Part shown: positions 14,101-24,312 of the stretch, piece by piece | How positions within the stretch are numbered: position 1 is the first letter of the stretch | How the letters are laid out: each line of letters begins with the position of its first letter | NCBI GenBank assembly: GCA_964016885.1 | Contig: OZ024757.1 | Span: 30,256,001 to 30,320,000 of the forward strand | DNA: 64,000 bases | Direction of reading: 5' to 3' | DNA from: Eledone cirrhosa | Taxonomy: Eukaryota | Made by a program: the position numbers and the translations under genes | The notes under the pieces: generated by a model | Database searches by the model: none | The model's input: only the letters and a program-made list of their open reading frames with translations | Told to the model about the DNA's origin: nothing

Positions 14101-15303
14101 ATTATGTGAAGTAAAGCCTTTACCATGAAAATATAATAGTATATGGAGGCATATGGCTTAGTGCTTAGAGCATTGGCCTTGCAATCGAAAGGTTGTGAGT
14201 TCAATTCTCAGACCGGGTGATGTGTTGTTTCCTTGAGCAAGACACTTTATTTCACATTGCTCCAGTTTACTCAGCTATAGAAATGAGATGATAGGGACTG
14301 GGGTCCATATCATTCCACTGCAAAGTGGTCGTGGGGGTGCCAGGGCAAAAAAGCACCCACCACTCACTGTAAATGAGGTTGGTGTTAGGAAGGGCATCCA
14401 GCTGTAGAAATCAAGCCAGAATCAGTTCCCGTCCCACCCTAGCAAGCAGGGAAAAGCGGACGTAAAGTGAAATGAAATATATAGAGTAATGTGATGGCAT
14501 AAGTTTGGGAATAAGATAAAAACTGCTTACATCTAATAACACAGTGATAGCATGTGTTTGGAGAATAAGGTAAAACCTGCTTACATCTGACAACAGTGAT
14601 GGCATGTGTTTGGAGAATAAGGTAAAAACTGCTTACATATAATTACACAGTGATGGTATGAGTTTGGGAATAAGGTAAAAACTGGTTACATCTGAAAACA
14701 GTGATGGTATGAGTTTGGGAATAAGGTAAAAACTGCTTACATGTGACAACACAGTTATGGCATAAGTTTGGGAATAAGGTAAAACCAGCTTAAATCTGGC
14801 AACACAGTGATAGCATGTGTTTGGGAATAAGGTAAAACCTGCTTAAATCTGACAACTCAGTGATAGTATGAGTTTGGAGAATAAGGCCAATATTTACTTA
14901 AGATGACAAAGTGTTAATATAAGATTAGGAATTAAGACTTACAAGTGATTCAAAGGTATTTGAATCAGTCCTGGAATGTTCTTAATATGATTTAAAATAT
15001 CTCCAGAGATATGAGGAGTGCTACCTTTAAAATAAATATAAAAAATTTTAAGTCATTTAAAAATGATAAATTGGTGGAAATAATTCACAAATGACAGCAA
15101 AAAAATAAATTTACTCCCATCATAAAACCAGTAAAAGCATTTACTGTATGGCAGATACATTTAAAAAGCATAAACTTACCTGCACGTGTGTACAACATAC
15201 ATAACGGTGTTTCAAGAATTTCTTCAGCATTTTGACCAAAATTACTTAAAACTCCACATCGTGCTGAACCTTGGCAAACTTTTTGAATAATAAACTTCAT
15301 CAT
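6144..15303 (-). CDS. QTRT2: Queuine tRNA-ribosyltransferase accessory subunit 2, complete spliced CDS (11 coding exons, ~402 aa)
   Basis: Join (-): 15303-15180, 15024-14943, 13912-13849, 13067-12963, 12443-12273, 11461-11362, 10301-10213, 9730-9630, 8683-8555, 7439-7314, 6261-6144. All junctions are GT-AG with consistent phases; 1209 nt in total. Motifs [42 protein letters not shown]...TRAYINHLL...HNF match the TGT family accessory subunit. Confidence 0.93.
7314..7439 (-). CDS. QTRT2: QTRT2 exon (Zn-binding CxCxxC)
   Basis: [41 protein letters not shown]; ttgcag acceptor, gtatgt donor. Confidence 0.93.
8555..8683 (-). CDS. QTRT2: QTRT2 exon
   Basis: [16 protein letters not shown]...FEINLSDS; follows the U12-type intron. 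Confidence 0.9.
8684..9629 (-). other. U12-type (minor spliceosome) GT-AG intron
   Basis: 5' splice site GTATCCTTT at 9629; branch site TCCTTAAT at 8703-8696, ~13 nt from the terminal CAG; only a short pyrimidine run before the AG. Confidence 0.88.
8803..9310 (-). mobile_element. SINE family A, three head-to-tail copies inside the U12 intron
   Basis: Three consecutive AATAATTGTTTC(T/G)ACT..GGC(A/T)CAAGGCCAGCAATT units. Confidence 0.85.
9630..9730 (-). CDS. QTRT2: QTRT2 exon
   Basis: [33 protein letters not shown]. Confidence 0.92.
10213..10301 (-). CDS. QTRT2: QTRT2 exon
   Basis: [30 protein letters not shown]; ttccag acceptor, gtaagt donor. Confidence 0.88.
11362..11461 (-). CDS. QTRT2: QTRT2 exon
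   Basis: [33 protein letters not shown]; tttcag acceptor, gtatga donor. Confidence 0.92.
11518..12120. mobile_element. piggyBac-like MITE cluster (tandem/partial copies)
   Basis: TIR CCCTTTAGCATTTA / TAAATGCTAAAGGG with TTAA flanks; ~200-bp internal unit repeated. Confidence 0.8.
12273..12443 (-). CDS. QTRT2: QTRT2 exon
   Basis: [57 protein letters not shown]; atgtag acceptor, gtgagt donor. Confidence 0.93.
12601..12780. mobile_element. pogo/Tigger-like MITE (related copies 60847-61015 and partial 55793-55890)
   Basis: Ends CAGGTAAAATTCCATTATAACGAA / TTCGTTATAATGGAATTTCACTG with TA flanks. Confidence 0.7.
12787..12929. mobile_element. Tc1/mariner-superfamily MITE (second copy 54693-54848)
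   Basis: TA|CCATATTTCCCGTCCTCGAGGACGC ... GCGTCTTTGACACCAGGAAATATAG|TA; the internal sequence closely matches 54693-54848. Confidence 0.7.
12963..13067 (-). CDS. QTRT2: QTRT2 exon
   Basis: [35 protein letters not shown]; ttacag acceptor, gtaaaa donor. Confidence 0.9.
13849..13912 (-). CDS. QTRT2: QTRT2 exon
   Basis: [21 protein letters not shown]; ttttag acceptor, gtaagt donor. Confidence 0.88.
14146..14475 (+). mobile_element. Full-length tRNA-head/CORE-type SINE with RTE-like tail (near-identical copy at ~60150-60470, - strand)
   Basis: A box TGGCTTAGTGC, B box GTTCAATTC, CORE-like CCTTGAGCAAGACACTTTATTTCACATTGCTCCAG, then family-B body and GGAAAAGCGGACGTAAA tail; interrupts a piggyBac-like MITE. 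Confidence 0.8.
14490..14885. repeat. ~45-47 bp minisatellite, ~8-9 copies
   Basis: Unit GTGATGGCATGTGTTTGGGAATAAGGTAAAACTGCTTACATCTGACAACACA in a QTRT2 intron. Confidence 0.9.
14943..15024 (-). CDS. QTRT2: QTRT2 exon
   Basis: [27 protein letters not shown]; ttaaag acceptor, gtaagt donor. Confidence 0.9.
15180..15303 (-). CDS. QTRT2: QTRT2 first coding exon
   Basis: [41 protein letters not shown]; gtaagt donor; likely acceptor tttgtag with exon start at 15323. Confidence 0.9.
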
Positions 15304-16299
15304 TCTTTGATTAAAAAAAAATTCTACAAAGAAATTTGTTTAAATTTAAGATCAAAATTTGTTTAAAAATAAGGTCAAATTTTGGAAAATCATTGATATA
15401 AATGTCTGGGCTAGTCTCAGTGTATAACAGATCCTTTGGCCCAGACGTGCATAGAAATTAAACGTTTAACAATGATGATGAAATGCATGACTCGACCCAC
15501 CTTCCACATTCCCGATACACTTTCCCTGTCCAACCCATGCAAACATGATAGCCGGTCATTTTTCACAATACACTGCCAAGCACAAAATATTTTCTTCAAG
15601 GCCACCCATATGACACATCAACTGCTCTCCCATAGTGGGATCCTCTACCACCACCACCACCACCATCACCTTAGCAAGCAACATGTAGTCTGATGCTTGT
15701 TCTCTCTCATCTTACTCTCATCATTCCCTCCCCAGCTGGGTCAAGAATATAATGTGCATCCAAATGTCGTTAAGGAAAGCATGGGTGACATGATAAAACA
15801 TATTTAGTCCACCCAGTAAGGTGGTCATGTTAGTGTAACGACAAAAAGCACCCAGTTTACCCTGTAAGGTGGTCATGCTGGTGACACGACAAAAAGCACC
15901 CAGTCCACCATGTAAAGTAGTTGTGCTAGTGCTACAACAAAAAGTATCCAGTCTACCCTACAGACTATAACCAATGAAAAGAGCCCCAATATAGTTACTG
16001 GAACTGCTAGAAATATCAATCAAATTACACCTTACCTTATAAGAAAAGGACACCCCCGATAATGTGATTCTGGATAGAGTATCTTAAAAACAAAAGGCGG
16101 AATGTCTATTGATTATAGGTCTGCTTTATAATGGCTGATCTGAAATTAGTCAATACTTTTGACAACGAGACGAGTTCTAATAAATCATAATGGATTTTAA
16201 ACCATTTACCGGCAGATGTATTCTTAACTCTGGACGAAAGAATTAGTAAAGTCGACCTTGATGAAAATGGAACAAACAGATTATAAATCAGTGAATTAG

Positions 16300-16600
16300 A
16301 CATTGAATGAGTTCGATAAAGTACAATTCACTCGAAGGTGTGTCATATGTGGCAATGCACTGTTGAGAGAGATACTCAGCAGGACTACCCGAGTACACAA
16401 CAGGAAGCTCCAGGTGCAACACTAACCCAGTCCTTGGAACCACTTCTTTTTTGCACGTGCGATCAACCACTGGAACAACCTCAAACAAGAAACAGTTGAT
16501 GCACCCTCAGTCATCATTTTTAAGTCAAGCTATATCGCTTCTTGTATTGATGCTCATCTGGTAGGCATCGATACCAAGTGATGTTCGATATTCAGAAGAG
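16300..16600 (+). mobile_element. CR1-clade LINE 3' fragment
   Basis: Reads TTRVHNRKLQVQH*...HFFFARAINHWNNLKQETVDAPSVIIFKS, the CR1 ORF2 end; boundaries approximate. Confidence 0.7.
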
Positions 16601-16866
16601 GATCATCTCTACCTTTGTATGAGTCTAATTACCCTTACCGGGTACTAAATTACCATACTGAAGATAGATAGATATATTTCAACCGTACGTTAAACAAGAA
16701 ATAGATTTAATTGAAAACCAAAACATGCAAATATCGAACAAGATTGCCTGGAAATCAGGCATGAGAACAAGTTTTGTTCCATAGGAAACAAAATCAATAT
16801 AAACACAGAGAATGAATCTCTTTGTAACATTGTAAGCTAGAAAATAAAAGAACAGCAGGAACTCAC

Positions 16867-17012
16867 TGAAGAATGAATGGTTGGTTTGAAGACGTTAAAA
16901 TAAATACGAGTGACGGTCAACCATGCCGCGGCGATTTAATTCAAGGGAGATAATGAATGGTAAGATTAAGCCAAAATAAGAAAGTCAAAGTGACTTGCCC
17001 TTGATTTTCAAG
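16867..17012. promoter_or_regulatory. Probable QTRT2 non-coding first exon and QTRT2/MRPL30 bidirectional promoter
   Basis: - strand donor CA|GTGAGT at 16866-16861; CpG-containing patch; MRPL30 ATG lies in a CAAGATGGCG (YY1-like) context; under 150 bp separates the donor from the ATG. Confidence 0.6.
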
Positions 17013-17690
17013 ATGGCGAACCAAAGTTTCCTTGTAAAATTCGGAAGCTGTCTGTTAAATCGAAGCCCTGTTATGTATTCTCCAGTTCGCTTCAGGTACG
17101 TTGGTAAAAAGGAGAAAATGGCAAGCAAGGCTATGAAATGGGTAGAGCCTTTAAAAGAAGAGCTGTATACAAAGCTGCCTGAAAAAGACGCTCCCGTAGA
17201 ACCTTCTCTCTTGCACATGGTCGCTCGTGTGAAAACTTTGAAGGGCAGACCCCGGAAAGAGAAGAATACATTGATGGCCCTCAATATTACTGGTCCTGTG
17301 AATGAAAAAGTTGTGCTGAAAAACACCCCAGCGATTAACAATATGCTAAGTAAAGTAAAGCATCTGGTAAAAATCACTCCGATAACTTTCCCAAACGGAT
17401 ACCCAGAAGAAAAGGACTTTGAATATTGTTTACTTAAAGACAACGGTGAGTTCGTAATCCGTAAAGAAATTCAAGCGATCGAGAGAAATGTTTTACCCGA
17501 GACAGTACCACCTGAGAAACAAAGGGTAGTTATGGACAATAAGACACTTAAGAGACATCTTCTTCTAAAACTTCGCAATTATCGTTTAAACATGGAATAT
17601 TTCCCTGCTAAGTATGTCTACAAATATAACGAAGATGGCAAGGAATTTCGATACAAGAAGGACACACCGTCAGATAAAGATTGGTATTGA
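17013..17690 (+). CDS. MRPL30: 39S mitochondrial ribosomal protein L30 (uL30m), intronless, 225 aa
   Basis: PSLLHMVARVKTLKGRPRKEK...VLKNTPAINNMLSKVKHLVKITPITFPNGYP...CLLKDNGE matches uL30m; basic, acid-free N-terminus consistent with a mitochondrial presequence. Confidence 0.9.
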   Translation: MANQSFLVKFGSCLLNRSPVMYSPVRFRYVGKKEKMASKAMKWVEPLKEELYTKLPEKDAPVEPSLLHMVARVKTLKGRPRKEKNTLMALNITGPVNEKVVLKNTPAINNMLSKVKHLVKITPITFPNGYPEEKDFEYCLLKDNGEFVIRKEIQAIERNVLPETVPPEKQRVVMDNKTLKRHLLLKLRNYRLNMEYFPAKYVYKYNEDGKEFRYKKDTPSDKDWY

Positions 17691-18424
17691 ATATAAAATA
17701 TAATTTTGATGTAACATCTCAATGACTGTTACTCCACTATAAACACCCCTTTTTGGGAGAAAGAGTAAATTAATATTATATCGTCTTGCAGACGTTCGTT
17801 ATGGAATTCTAGGGTGGAGCAACCACAAAAAACGAGTAATTTACGACGATTTTGAAGGCTATATTCGTTCTAAACATTTAAAAAAATCGAAGGAAAAGCA
17901 TTTCCCCTTCAAAATTCCAACCAAACCTATCAGTTTACCACCCTTCAAATTAAAAATAAAATTGAAATTACACACATATTTATTGGAGACTGATTCAATA
18001 ATAATAAAAAAAAATACCTATTTGTTTCCTTAAGAACAATTCTGATTAAAAATAAACATTCTATTCTGTGTAATTTATTTTAAAAAAAAGTATATTTAAT
18101 TAGTTTTTAAACCCCGATATTGTGTTATTTTTGTTATAAGTTGTTTAGTTCAGTGTTTAGGGGCTGAGCTAAAGTTCCGCAGGAAGAACTGTTTGAGGAC
18201 TCTGCTCCACGACCCATTCAGGAATAAGTGGGTGAAAAAGGAGAAGACCCCGATATTGTGTTGAATTTTTTGTTATAAAGTTTTTATTTCAGTAGTTAGG
18301 GGCTTGTTAATCTTTTTGGTACCAAACCACAGTTCGATTTACAATTCAATAATGTTTAATATTTATCTAAAACAACCATCATAATTCTACATAAGGACCT
18401 CTTGTGTTCCAAATGTCAGCCGAA

Positions 18425-18900
18425 TAATCTTCTTCACTCACTTATTCCTGAGAGGGTCATGGGGGCAGAGTCCTCCAACTGATCCGGCTGAATCCCCAAG
18501 TGTGACTAGCCAAGCTCATGGATGTTATCCAATCATCTTGCTTGGGGTCTACCCCTAGGTGTCTTGCCAGCTGGTTTTGCCCATAAAATCTGTCCAGCGA
18601 TTCTTTCCTGAGACATTCTAACCACATGCCCGTGGTATTGGAGCTGTGGTCTCTCAATTCGGAGAAGTGGCGGCTCTACCTGGAATGACTCTGATCTCCG
18701 AGTTACGCACTCTATTGAGTAACATTACTCGAAAGACCCTTTGGAGGAATCCCATTTCGGCCACTTGTATTCGCGATTGTAATCTTTCGGTCATTACTCA
18801 AGATTCATAAGGGTTGGCATAAAAACAGAATTAAAGATAGCTGGTTTGGTTTTTGTACCTACTTCTCTTCTGAATGCTGAAGCTGGCGCATTACTGCTTC
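18425..18900 (-). mobile_element. RTE-clade LINE 3' fragment
   Basis: Reverse complement of the 21398-21900 element; same CAGGAATAAGTG..GAAGAAG 3' end; a further tail fragment lies at ~18185-18247. Confidence 0.75.
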
Positions 18901-19779
18901 AGCCTAATAACGGCAAAGTTAGTTATATTCCATATGCTTGGTTACTTTCAAAATTATTTGAAAGTATTGGACGTCTTTCATTAGTAATATAGTAATGAAA
19001 GGTTTAAATTGTTTATATTTTATCTAAAAACCTCAGTTATTCCAAACACCAGTTTAATAATAAAGTTAATTATATTCCTAAATCCCTCCAAATTCTTGAT
19101 TACTTTCAAAGTTATTTCAAAATCTTGGACATTGTCTTTCATTAGAAATTTGGTAACAAATGGGTTAAATTTCAGAAATGTAATATGGGTTGTTTGTTAC
19201 AGTTTATACCTACACTGGTATGTCCACCCAGCGATGAATGACCATACCTGTGTATGGCTTCTCATCCATCTTATATGAAGTTTTTAATGATAGGAGCCCT
19301 CATTCTTATCAGGTGTAATTATGTTTTCTAATTTAGGCACAAAGCCAACAATGTATGAAGGAAGAAAAGTCGATTACATTGACCCCAGTACGTGACTGGT
19401 ATTTTATTTTATCAACCCAAAAGGATGAAAAGTAGAGTTGAACTCTGATAGTATACTCATTTAGCATTTAAACCAGCCATATCCAACCAGAATTCTCTCA
19501 CCTCACTCTGTTCAAATCAGCTGTAACCAGCCACTCATACTAACATTAGCATATTGTTCTCAAAATAAATAACATCAAAATCTCATAGATTTGATATTAT
19601 GTGAGGTAAAGCCTTTACCACAAAAATAAAATAGTATATATAGAGTAATGTAAATGCTAAAGGGTTAAATAGTTAAATAGACAGCAGATGCAACAGAGAA
19701 ATAAAGAAAATAATTACTTTATCAAAAGATGTTTTGAACAAAATGAAATCCATATTTACAAATAGAAACATCAGTATAT

Positions 19780-20205
19780 ACACAAAGATCTGCATCCTAT
19801 AAACATATGTATAGTCCATCCTTCAATATGGTTGTGAATGCAGGATGATAAGGAAACTGGATGTCGCTGAAATGAGGTTCATCCGGAGAATAGTCAAGAT
19901 ATTTTGGACAGAAAAGAAAACCAACAATAAAGTCTAGCAGGCATGGAAAGATCTCTTGTCCATAGTATTAGAAAGAGGGAATTGTTTGGCTACATAAACA
20001 GAAGAGATGGTTTGGAGAACCTGATTCTTTGTGGCAAGATTGCTGGAAAGAGGAGACAAAGAACAACATTTACAGACAGCCTGGACAAATGGATCAATGA
20101 AAATAGTACAAGAAATAGCAACCTCATCTGGAACACTGAAAACAGGAAAGACTGGAGAGCCGTGATCGCTGATGTCTGGAACAAACCTGGCACCTGATGA
20201 TAATA
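19780..20205 (+). mobile_element. RTE-clade LINE 3' fragment (different subfamily)
   Basis: IRKRELFGYINRRDGLENLILCGKIAGKRRQR...WNTENRKDWRAVIADVWNKPGT*, then TGATGATAATAA tail. Confidence 0.8.
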
Positions 20206-21397
20206 ATGTGTTAAAGAGCTTTAACATAATACTATGAAGCATTTTGTCCAGCACTCTAACGATTCTGCCAATCTGCCACCCTTATCAGGTATATTAATGA
20301 GTTGTCATTGTTCTCAAAATAAATTATATCAAAATCTCGTAGATTTGATATTATGTGAGATAGAGCATTTAGTGTGAAAATACAATAGTGAATATAGAGT
20401 AATGTAAATACTAAAGGGTTAACAATGAATTTTTGGATTTGTGCCTATATTAGAAACTATTATTATTCTTTATTAAGAACCCCTTCTCATTTTATATACC
20501 CCACTGCCTTCAATGCCTCCCCAGTATTGGTGCTATGGCAAAAAGCACCCAGTCCACCCTGTAAGTACTGCTGTAAAGTGGTTGGTATTAGGAAAGGCAT
20601 TCAGCCATAAAAACGAAGACAAGAAAACAGCGCACAAGCAAGAGATGGTCATCTGACCTATCTAACCCAGGGCTTTCAAACATGTGGCCCACAAATTACT
20701 TGTCTATGGCTTGTGACAGAATAATTCTCATGACTAATGAAAGCAAATTTGAAACAGAAAATTTTCCTCCTTACATTTTGTTCTAATTTGTATATCCCTC
20801 TTACTATCATATGTTTGTTACAAATTAGCATCATAACCACTACTCCTACAACATCTCATTTTTTACTCACTTTAACTCTTATCTTAGACATAATATCCCT
20901 TTTGAGGCCTTGACTTAGAAACCCCTCATCTAACCCATGCAGATATGGAAAATAGACATTAATTGGTGATGATGATGATTGTGCAAAGCTTCTACAAATT
21001 AAAAAATTTATATATTAACTACAAAATAATAAAATAAGCCTTGGAGGAAAGAACTGGACAGAGACATCTGCAGGAATCAAACCCCACATAAATACAATAG
21101 ACATTACACTAAAGTGACCAGGTCAATCTTTCAATGCCTAAATAGAAGTCTTCATCATCATCCTACAGCTTCAGCCAAAATAGACTCAACAATAAGTTAC
21201 CACATAGGTCTGTCACTCATTGCACTGCCTAATCCTGAACATCAATATCAATGTCTCTGGGTAGGAGAGCTTACAACCTCTTTGGTTTTTGATAAATACT
21301 GGTTTTCAATCTATGTAGATCTGTCGCTCATTGCATTGTCTAGAGCCTGAACATCAATATCAGTGTTTCTGGCTATAATATTTAGGTAGGAGAGCTT

Positions 21398-21900
21398 GGG
21401 TAATGACCAAAAGAATATGATCGTGAATACAAGTGGTGAAAATGGGATTCCTCCAAAGAGTCTTTGGAGTAATGTTACTCGATAAAGTGGATAGCTGGGA
21501 GATCAGAGAATCATTCCAGGTAGAGCCGTTATTCTCTGAATTGAGAGATTACAGCTCCAATACTTATGGCATGTGGTTAGAATGTCTCAGGAAAGAATCA
21601 CTGGACAGATTTTACAGACAAAAATCAACCGACAAGAGACCCTGAGCAAGATGGTTGGATAACATCCACGACTTTGGCTGGTCACACTTGGGTATCCAGC
21701 CGGATCAGCTAGAAACAATTGCTTCTGGTAGGACCTGCACAGACAAAACCAACTGGCAAGATGGTTGGATAACATCTATGAGCTTGGGGATCCAGCCAGA
21801 TCAGCTGGAAGCGATTGCTTCTGATAGGACTTGCTGGAAAGAGTGTTTGAGGACTCTGCCCCCACGACCCTGTCAGGAATAAGTGGGCAAAGAAGAAGAA
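21398..21900 (+). mobile_element. RTE-clade LINE 3' fragment with internal tandem duplication
   Basis: KMGFLQRVFGVMLLDKVDSWEIRESFQVEPL...; (GAA)n tail; flanked by AGAGCTT/AAAGCTT, splitting the second copy of a ~110-bp direct repeat (first copy ~21205-21310). Confidence 0.8.
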
Positions 21901-22178
21901 AAGCTTACGGTCTCTTTAGATTTTGACAGATGTTGGTTTCCAAAGGACTAAAGGGGAGACAGTTTTAGATGGCAATGGCCTGAAAATCTTACTCTCCTCT
22001 TTTGCACAATATCAGAAATACGAGGGAGATCATATATTTCTTTCAGAATCTTATGTTAACTCCAGCTTATTTTGTTTTTAGCCTAGCAAAGCAAGGATGT
22101 ATATGCTCAATTAAGTTGTTTTTGTTGGTGGATAGTAAATTTCCAAGTTTCATTACCATCAAGTAAGACTCTTCCAGT

Positions 22179-22460
22179 CAGAGGCATAACTAGGGAAAAT
22201 AATACCAATGGCAAGCAGAGAAATTGTGCCCCTGCCCAGCACTGTATTTTTACCTATGGGCCTAATGATTTATATAAATGGTTTAATGATCCAGCTACCA
22301 TAGTGATCTCATCCATGATAATCAGAGACGGATTAGACATCTGAAGGAGTTTCCTTTTTCACTCCCCAATGAGGCTTATTTGACTTTAATAGAACGTGCT
22401 CCTACTTCAAGTTACACCCATGGCATGTACCATGTTTGATATACCCTAGTTATTCCTCTG
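22179..22460. mobile_element. hAT-like MITE
   Basis: TIRs CAGAGGCATAACTAGGG / CCCTAGTTATTCCTCTG; 8-bp flanks CTTCCAGT / CAACCAAT partly match. Confidence 0.6.
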
Positions 22461-23441
22461 CAACCAATCCTACTTAGATGCCTTAATAACAGTTGGCTAG
22501 AAATATAGATAAACTACAGGCATCTCTCTTCCCTTTTTTTCCTTCTCTAAGGCTAATTTATCCAACTGATTCAACTATTTTATGGAACCAACTGCATGCT
22601 CTTCCTGCCGGTCACAGTTGAAACCTCAAAAGTCTTCCCTAAAGTTACTTGACTGCCATTTTCCTTAGCAAATTCAAGATCTTAGGGTTTGGGGGCTCTT
22701 TTTTCCTTTCCCCTTTCCTGTATATTATTTTAAGTCTTAAAATAAAGTTTACATGATATATGAATTGTGGCAGCTTCTTGCAATAAAAAGCAAATAAATT
22801 TCTCTAAAAATCTAGGAATCACCAAGTAAACATGTGAACCAATTCTTAATCTTAAACTACTGCAATCTTTGTGTAAGAACAAATTACATTTAATAACCAA
22901 CAGTAATAGAAAACATTGCTGCTGATCCCTCGTCTTTGGCAGACGTTTATAAATAATTGTTTCTACTTTTGGCACAAGGCCAGCAATTACTCCAGTGCAT
23001 TACTGGTAGTTTATTTTATCAACCATGTAAGGATGAAAGGCATAGTTAACTTCGGCGGGATTTGAACTCAGAATGTAAAGAGCCATAACTCTATGCTGCA
23101 AAGCATGGTGTCTGACGTTCTACCGATACTACCAATCCATGCCTAACAGTTTCCAAAGCAGGTCACACGTTTCCGTAGTCTACTGAAGACGAAGAAATGA
23201 TCACCAAAGAGTTTTACTTTCATTTGATAAGTCGTATTCTGTTTGAGCACTAAATATAAATGACTAGAAATTTCAAACAGATGCCATCCATGTTACACCA
23301 TCATGCAACTATAGAAATGGGGGCCATTTCAACAAAAAAATATAGAAATTCTATCAAACCCATAAAAAAGTTAAATTTTAGAGGCCTTATCAAAAACAAC
23401 CATGCTTTAAGAGAATGTATATATATATATATATATGTATA

Positions 23442-23536
23442 CAGGGTGTCCCCAAAAATGTATACACACTTCAACAGCATTCTAATAAATATGTACAGGT
23501 AATCAAAGTACGTATACATTTTGGGGGGACAACCTG
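23442..23536. mobile_element. Tc1/mariner-type MITE, ~95 bp (copies 28357-28454, 61389-61486)
   Basis: TA|CAGGGTGTCCCCAAAAATGTATAC ... GTATACATTTTGGGGGGACAACCTG|TA. Confidence 0.8.
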
Positions 23537-23622
23537 TATATATATTTGAAAGTATAGTGGTAGACTAATATTATCGAAATCGCATTGATTTTCTGTGAGT
23601 ATGAAATCAAGATGGCGTCGTT

Positions 23623-23638
23623 GGCCCTTAAAAGGGCC
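23623..23638 (-). promoter_or_regulatory. Histone 3' stem-loop (H1 gene 1)
   Basis: AAAA-GGCCCT-TTTA-AGGGCC-AACGA, 26 nt after the stop codon. Confidence 0.9.
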
Positions 23639-23664
23639 TTTTTTAAATGTTAAAATATAAACTT

Positions 23665-24027
23665 TTAATTTTCTGTCGTTTTCAAACTGTCCAACTTCGA
23701 AGGAGCTACCTTTCCGGTTTTCTTCATTTTGTGCACCAGTTTTGTTTTAGTATTGGTGATGTTGTTAACATGGCCAGGACAGCAACGCCTTGTTTCTGAA
23801 AGGATACCTTTCGTCACCCAAACATTCAGGGCTCGCTTCACGTGGACTTTGATCAACTGCTTTCGATTTCCAACGTTATAATTAGAAACTATGTATTTGA
23901 TAATTTCCCTTCGAGAGCATCTGTTCTTGTCTTGGTTTGATACAGCAGCAATAACCATTTCGGAATACTTTGGGTGTTTCAGAATGCTTCTTTTCATGGA
24001 TTTAGCGATATGGGTAGAATCTGTCAT
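23665..24027 (-). CDS. Divergent short histone H1 variant (120 aa), possibly a pseudogene
   Basis: HPKYSEMVIAAV...SRREIIKYIVSNYNVG...VKRALNVWVTKGILSET globular domain, but the KG-x-GASGSF wing is replaced by RRCCPGHV and the C-tail is short; ORF and stem-loop intact. Confidence 0.75.
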   Translation of the reverse strand: MTDSTHIAKSMKRSILKHPKYSEMVIAAVSNQDKNRCSRREIIKYIVSNYNVGNRKQLIKVHVKRALNVWVTKGILSETRRCCPGHVNNITNTKTKLVHKMKKTGKVAPSKLDSLKTTEN

Positions 24028-24099
24028 ATTTCTTCCTTTTTTTTAATGGAAGAAAAAAGAAGAGCGGAGAGGAATATTGAGGCCAGCTGCTTTTATGGA

Positions 24100-24312
24100 G
24101 AAGGGAGTCAGCTATGCGACTAAATCAGCATAGCAACTACTGTTGTCCAGCTGTGAATTGTGAAGGAGTTATGCTACTAAACTAATCAACATGGCAAACT
24201 ACTGACTAACTACTATATAGGGAAGGGACTGTACTGTCAGCATGGCAACTACTGACTAGAGAAAGGGAGTTTTAGCTATGCCATAGTTAATAATCAACAT
24301 GGCAAGCACTGG
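24100..24312. repeat. Four degenerate ~50-60 bp repeats upstream of H1 gene 1
   Basis: Each unit runs GAAGGGAG...TCA(A/G)CAT(G/A)GCAA..ACTG. Confidence 0.7.

Noticed and set aside
14146-14220. Possible tRNA gene
   Set aside because: A and B boxes continue directly into a SINE body with no complete cloverleaf; other A/B-box hits in the window are likewise SINE heads.
16985-17443. 152-aa antisense ORF over MRPL30
   Set aside because: Shadow ORF with no independent support.
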